Below, in pieces: positions 59,227 to 64,000 of a stretch of DNA of 64,000 nucleotides; the first letter of the stretch is position 1, and every line of letters begins with the position of its first letter. A program made the position numbers and the translations under genes. The DNA comes from an uncultured Flavobacterium sp. (lineage in GTDB: Bacteria > Bacteroidota > Bacteroidia > Flavobacteriales > Flavobacteriaceae): assembly GCA_964461805.1 (NCBI GenBank), contig CAYWVV010000008.1:1410-65409 (forward strand), written 5' to 3'. The notes beneath the pieces were generated by a model that did not search any database, was not told the DNA's origin, and worked only from the letters and a program-made list of their open reading frames with translations.

Positions 59227-59895
59227 ATGGCATTACTTCTCAATATAGAAACCGCAACTAAAAATTGTTCTATAGCTTTGGCTAAAGACGGAAAAACTAT
59301 AGCTATAAGAGAAATCGCAACTCAGAATTTTTCTCATGCTGAAAAGCTACACGTTTTTGTTGAAGAACTTTTTGCTGAAACAAATTTGAAATTGCAAGAT
59401 TTAAGTGCGATAGCAGTAAGTCAAGGTCCAGGTTCTTATACGGGTTTACGAATTGGTGTTTCAGCTGCAAAAGGCTTGTGTTATGCTTTGTCGGTTCCGT
59501 TAATTGCTGTTGACACGTTAGAATTATTAGCCAGAAAAATTACTATTACAGAAGGAAGTATCGTTCCCATGATTGATGCCCGAAGAATGGAAGTATTTTG
59601 TGCTTTTTTCGATATTAATTATAATAAAATCAGAGAAACCAAAGCCGAAATTATTGACGAATCCAGTTATCAAGATGTTTCAGAATCATTACATTTAATT
59701 GGTGATGGCGCTATGAAATTCAAAGATATTTTAACTGATGCGAAATTTCACTATTACCCAGAAATTGAATTTCCATCTGCTATTGAAATGGCACAAGTTT
59801 CCTTTCAAAAATTTCAAAACAGTCAGTTTGAAGATGTAGCGTATTTCGAACCTTTTTACTTGAAAGATTTTGTGATGCTGACTAAGAAAGTATAA
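59227..59895 (+). CDS. tsaB: tRNA t6A37 threonylcarbamoyltransferase complex subunit TsaB
   Basis: LNIETATKNCSIAL, GPGSYTGLRIGVS. Confidence 0.85.
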   Translation: MALLLNIETATKNCSIALAKDGKTIAIREIATQNFSHAEKLHVFVEELFAETNLKLQDLSAIAVSQGPGSYTGLRIGVSAAKGLCYALSVPLIAVDTLELLARKITITEGSIVPMIDARRMEVFCAFFDINYNKIRETKAEIIDESSYQDVSESLHLIGDGAMKFKDILTDAKFHYYPEIEFPSAIEMAQVSFQKFQNSQFEDVAYFEPFYLKDFVMLTKKV

Positions 59896-59896
59896 A

Positions 59897-60664
59897 TTAT
59901 AGACTCACCAAATCTTTGGATTGTTCTAAAATATCCGATTTCACTTTCATGTGGTGCGCGTTTTCTGTCCAAACTCTTGCGCTAAAATGAATAGATGTTT
60001 CTGTGAAATTATTGATAAAAACATCGGGTCTAGGGTCTTTTAACACCAAAGGATGTTGATTGACAAGTACAGTGATTTTGTTTTTTATGTCTGAAACGTC
60101 AGAACTATAATTGGTGATAATTTCAATATCAACTCTTCTTGTGCTGAGTTGACTATGATTTTTTATTTTCCCATTAGATAATATGCCATTTGGAATATAT
60201 ACCACTTGGTTGTTAGAAGTGATTATTTTAGTTGAAAAAATTAAAATTTCGGAAACAATTCCTTGTTCGCCTTGTACTTCAATTGTATCACTAACTCGGA
60301 ATGGTTTGAATAAAATAATTAAAATTCCTCCTGCAAAATTAGAAAGAGAACCTTGTAAAGACAACCCAACTGCTAAACCAGCTGCTCCCAAAATTGCTAC
60401 AAATGACGAGGTTTCTACGCCTAACTTAGAAATTACAGTAATGAAAAGCATGATTCTTAAGGTCCAAAAAATAATGTTTCCTAGAAAATTGGTTAATGTA
60501 ATTTCTACATTTCTTTTAGTCATTAATTTTTTAGCAGTTTTGGTAATGAAACTGGTGAACCATAATCCGCCAAATAGAATAAGTAATGCCATTGCAATTT
60601 TCGGAGAATAATCGAAAATTAAATTTTTTATAGTGTTTAAATAGTTTTGAAATTCCATTGTCAT
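59897..60664 (-). CDS. Small-conductance mechanosensitive channel (MscS family)
   Basis: 3 TM helices followed by the beta-domain (FRVSDTIEVQGEQGIVSEI). Confidence 0.8.
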   Translation of the reverse strand: MTMEFQNYLNTIKNLIFDYSPKIAMALLILFGGLWFTSFITKTAKKLMTKRNVEITLTNFLGNIIFWTLRIMLFITVISKLGVETSSFVAILGAAGLAVGLSLQGSLSNFAGGILIILFKPFRVSDTIEVQGEQGIVSEILIFSTKIITSNNQVVYIPNGILSNGKIKNHSQLSTRRVDIEIITNYSSDVSDIKNKITVLVNQHPLVLKDPRPDVFINNFTETSIHFSARVWTENAHHMKVKSDILEQSKDLVSL

Positions 60665-60680
60665 ATTTTTTGCAAAATTA

Positions 60681-60711
60681 AAAAAGCGTTCAAATTATAG
60701 AACGCTTTTTT
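60681..60711 (-). terminator. Rho-independent terminator after nifU-like gene
   Basis: aaaaagcgttc-aaattata-gaacgcttttt. Confidence 0.65.
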
Positions 60712-60747
60712 GTTTTTTTTATACTAATTAATTTACTTTTAAAAAGG

Positions 60748-61650
60748 TTAACCATTCATAGCTTCTACGATAATGGTGTTGTTTTTTAGCATATCACGTA
60801 GCATGTTTTCAATTCCGTTTTTCAGAGTAAATGTAGAAGACGGGCAACCACTACACGCACCTTGTAAAGTTACTTTTACTACATTGGTTGTTTCGTCATA
60901 AGAATTAAATGTAATGTTTCCACCATCACTTTGAACAGCAGGTTTTACATATTCTTCCAAAATATTGATGATTTCTTGTGACGTAACGTCTAAATTATCA
61001 AAAAATTCTTCTTGTTTGATTTTGAAATTGTCTGTTTTCTCAATTAAACTTTCATCAACTACTAAATCGGTTTGTTCTAAATATTGTTTTAAGAACGTAC
61101 GCAATTCTAAAGTAATTTCGCTCCATTCTGCAATGTCATATTTGGTGATTGAAATATAATTTTCATCAATGAACACTTCTTTTACGAAAGGAAAACTAAA
61201 TAAATCTTTTGCTAGTGGAGAAGCTTTAGTGCCATCAATATTTTTGCATTCTACTGCTGTATTTGTAAGCTTTTTATTGGCTACAAACTTAGTTACAGCT
61301 GGGTTTGGTGTAGATTCTGCATAAATTGTCACTGGGTTTTTCTTTGCAGAAGTTTCTTCTAAAATTATTTTCCCACCTTTTTCTATGAAATCTTCTATTT
61401 GATTAGCCACTTCATCCTGAACATCTTCCCATTCTACAATTGAGAACTTTTCAATAGCAATGAAATTTCCAGAAATGTAAACCGATTTTACAAATGGAAG
61501 ATAGAATAATTGTTTCGCTAATGGCGAATTTTCGGTTTCGTCAATGTTTTTAAATTCAAAATTTTGATTCCTTGTAATAAAATCTTCCAGTTCAAATTTT
61601 ACAATCGACGGATTATTTGTGCTTTTTATCGATATTTTGCTCATATTCAA
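60748..61650 (-). CDS. NifU/Nfu-family Fe-S assembly protein (two Nfu_N domains + NifU C-domain)
   Basis: Duplicated N-domain (SPLAKQLF.LPFVKSVYISGNFI / SPLAKDLFSFPFVKEVFIDENYI) and C-terminal CSGCPSS. Confidence 0.8.
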   Translation of the reverse strand: MNMSKISIKSTNNPSIVKFELEDFITRNQNFEFKNIDETENSPLAKQLFYLPFVKSVYISGNFIAIEKFSIVEWEDVQDEVANQIEDFIEKGGKIILEETSAKKNPVTIYAESTPNPAVTKFVANKKLTNTAVECKNIDGTKASPLAKDLFSFPFVKEVFIDENYISITKYDIAEWSEITLELRTFLKQYLEQTDLVVDESLIEKTDNFKIKQEEFFDNLDVTSQEIINILEEYVKPAVQSDGGNITFNSYDETTNVVKVTLQGACSGCPSSTFTLKNGIENMLRDMLKNNTIIVEAMNG

Positions 61651-61738
61651 TCCTTTTTTTGCAAAGATACAAACATTGCATAAAGTAAAGTTATATATTT
61701 GAATATTATAATTTTGTTAACACAACCAACTTTAATAT

Positions 61739-64000
61739 ATGAAACTACTACTATTCATATGTGGATTGTTATTTTCATTAATAACAAATGCACAATTAAA
61801 TGTAAATAACACAACTTTTTCACCCGCCGATTTAATTTTAACTAAATTAATTGGTCCAGGTGTTTCGGTATCAAATGTAAAATATAATCGTAATGGTGCT
61901 ACTGCTCCCGTTACTGTACCTGTTACACCATCTGTTTTAACTACAAACAAGCAATTAGGTTTTTATACAACCGGTACAACTCCAACAAACTTGGGTCTTG
62001 TGAGTGGTTTGATTATGACAAATGGTTCTGCAAGTGGAGCTGTTGGTCCAAATAGTACTGGTAGTCAAACTACTGCTCCGCAATTTGAGCAATTTAATGA
62101 TGTTGATTTATTTCAAATTACAAATAGACCAATTAATCATATTTGTATTTTAGAATTTGATTTTATTCCGCAAGGGCCAGAAATTAAATTTGAATATGTT
62201 TTTGCTTCTGAGGAATATCCAGAATTTGTAGGTACATCTTTTAATGATGTATTTGGTTTCTTTTTAAGCGGTCCTGGTATTAATGGTACTTTTTCAAATG
62301 GAGCAAAAAATATTGCTTTAGTGCCTAATACTACTACACCAATTTCAATTAATAATGTAAATCCCGGTTTAAATAGTGCATATTACGTAAGTAACGCTGG
62401 TGGTTCAACCATTCAATATGATGGTTTTACAACTGTTTTAACAGCTAAATCTGAAGTACAATGTGGGTTAACTTATCATATGAAGCTCGCTATAGCGGAT
62501 GTTCAAGATAATATTTATGATTCTGCAGTTTTTTTTAAAGAAGGTAGCTTTTCAGCTCCAGAGATAAATTTAGGACCAGAATTGGTAGGTTCGGCTAGCG
62601 CCTGCTGTGGCGAAAAATTAAATTTTTCAACTCCTTTTAAACCAACAGAATATCCAGGTGCAGTGCATAATTGGTATTATAATAATGTTTTAGTGTATAC
62701 TTCTACAACTTCAAACACCTTTGAATTTCTGAATACAACTTGTACGAATGGCGTTTTAAAAGTTGTTATAAAGCCATATCCTAGTCAAAATTGTACTTTC
62801 GAAAAATCAAAAACAATTGAATATCAATTCGGGCCTGTGTTAAACACGCCACCGCCATTAACTTTGTGTTCAGATAATCCAGCAACAGCAACTGGCTCTT
62901 TTGATTTGAATATGCAGATTAATAATATAATACCAAACTTTGATTCAGATTACGAAGATTTAGGTTTTTTTAATACAAGAGAAGATGCAATAGCAAATAT
63001 AAATCCTATTCCAGTTGGTAGTTGGCATAATTTTACTGGTGTTCATAATCAGTCTGTTTTTTTAGGGGTAATTAATATACTTTTAACAGGTAATATTTGT
63101 CGTTCTGTAATGGAATTTAAATTGAATTTTGTAAACTGTGACGACACTGCTTGTGTTCCGAATTCTAGTGCAACAGTTTTCGATTTAACCACTAGAAAAC
63201 CAATTATTCTTAATGGATTTGATCCTTCTAAATATTCTGTTAGTTTTCATCATGACATGCCATCTGCTGTAGCAGGAACTTTGCCAATCTTGCCTCAAAA
63301 TGCTTATCCTATGGCTACAAATCCTGAGGAAATTTACGTTAGATATTGGGAAAATGCTGTGCCGTTAAATAAACAATTTACTCAATTTACACTTTTAGCC
63401 AATCAGTCTAATTATGCTGGTAATGATGGTGCTTTAACTTTTTGTAAAGATGATACTATGACTTTTAGTTTGTTTGATTATATTTCTGGAGAACAAGCTG
63501 GTGGTACGTGGTCTATTGTATCTGGTTCAGGAGCAAATGTTAATTTAGCTACAGGTACAATTACATCAAATAATAGTGCGGCTAATTATGTTTTGGAGTA
63601 TAGAGTGGATGCTAGTGCTAGTTGTCCTATAGATGTTAGTACTTTGACTGTAACTATAAATTCTGTTTGTGGTGTGCAGGCGCCACCAGATTTACTACTT
63701 TGTGATGATGGTAGTAATAATGGCATTGAAACTTTTGATTTATCTGTTCAGAATGCAATAATTTTGGGTAGTTTATCTAGTTCAGATTATACAATATCTT
63801 ATCATGAAAATAGTTCTGAAGTTTTGACAGGTGCTTCTCCTATTTCTCCAATTACAGCTTATCCGAACACATCAAATCCTCAGACTATTTATATTAGAGT
63901 TATTAAAAATTCTGATGGATCTGTTTTTGATACCTCGAAAACTTTTCAATTGATAGTTAAACCACAACCAATTGTGTCAAGTTTTACTGGTACCACCGCA
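61739..64000 (+). CDS. Large secreted adhesin-like protein with choice-of-anchor-L-type N-domain, 3' end outside window
   Basis: Not in the ORF track because it has no stop. ATG 61739, frame open for 754 codons to the window end. Signal peptide MKLLLFICGLLFSLITNAQ, FASEEYPEFVGTSFNDVFGFFLSGPG motif, then repeated LxLCDD...FDL...Y.VSFH...PQTIYIRV modules. Confidence 0.7.
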   Translation, partial: MKLLLFICGLLFSLITNAQLNVNNTTFSPADLILTKLIGPGVSVSNVKYNRNGATAPVTVPVTPSVLTTNKQLGFYTTGTTPTNLGLVSGLIMTNGSASGAVGPNSTGSQTTAPQFEQFNDVDLFQITNRPINHICILEFDFIPQGPEIKFEYVFASEEYPEFVGTSFNDVFGFFLSGPGINGTFSNGAKNIALVPNTTTPISINNVNPGLNSAYYVSNAGGSTIQYDGFTTVLTAKSEVQCGLTYHMKLAIADVQDNIYDSAVFFKEGSFSAPEINLGPELVGSASACCGEKLNFSTPFKPTEYPGAVHNWYYNNVLVYTSTTSNTFEFLNTTCTNGVLKVVIKPYPSQNCTFEKSKTIEYQFGPVLNTPPPLTLCSDNPATATGSFDLNMQINNIIPNFDSDYEDLGFFNTREDAIANINPIPVGSWHNFTGVHNQSVFLGVINILLTGNICRSVMEFKLNFVNCDDTACVPNSSATVFDLTTRKPIILNGFDPSKYSVSFHHDMPSAVAGTLPILPQNAYPMATNPEEIYVRYWENAVPLNKQFTQFTLLANQSNYAGNDGALTFCKDDTMTFSLFDYISGEQAGGTWSIVSGSGANVNLATGTITSNNSAANYVLEYRVDASASCPIDVSTLTVTINSVCGVQAPPDLLLCDDGSNNGIETFDLSVQNAIILGSLSSSDYTISYHENSSEVLTGASPISPITAYPNTSNPQTIYIRVIKNSDGSVFDTSKTFQLIVKPQPIVSSFTGTTA

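Noticed and set aside
61732-61950. 72-aa minus-strand ORF
   Set aside because: It is antisense to the 5' end of the long open adhesin frame (61739 to the window end), which has a signal peptide and recognisable domain motifs.

Overview
AT-rich Flavobacteriia-type (Flavobacterium-like) chromosomal window. All functions are assigned from motifs, domain order and gene context read by eye; no database search was run. Most of the window is conserved housekeeping. In order: the 3' end of an alternative complex III operon (actD/E/F-like) fused to coxII/coxI; an SNF2 helicase, mgtE and rsmA; ruvB; a LacI-controlled sucrose-type utilisation operon (TonB-dependent receptor, periplasmic CxxC protein, SLC45-like MFS, GH100-like invertase, fructokinase); maeB, ruvA, sprA, gcvH, vanZ, deoC and a remB-like outer-membrane protein. 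After the island come ctaB/cyoE, two coxIII-like genes, coxIV, SCO and DUF420; then a DUF4403-like lipoprotein, TolC plus adaptor, tsaB, mscS, nifU and the 5' part of a large choice-of-anchor-L-type adhesin. Between the remB-like gene and ctaB lies a visibly more AT-rich accessory island of about 14.5 kb (34.8-49.4 kb). It holds the best candidate for a new system: a RiPP cluster with an unannotated 53-aa GG-leader precursor (41086-41247), two tandem S8 lipoprotein peptidases sharing a 304-bp perfectly identical 3' block, a split LanB dehydratase, and a membrane-anchored TPR/AraC sensor. No LanC cyclase or exporter is visible, and the core peptide has a single, C-terminal Cys. The cluster is flanked by a divergent set of five secreted or lipoprotein genes, including a CxGxGxC paralog pair. 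On the other side is a RAYT (REP-associated Y1 transposase) bracketed by perfect inverted REP hairpins. Other observations: tandem perfect LacI operators, a family of 7/14-nt-period microsatellites abutting stop codons, a His-rich insertion in ActF, and a large hydrophilic insertion in CoxIII.
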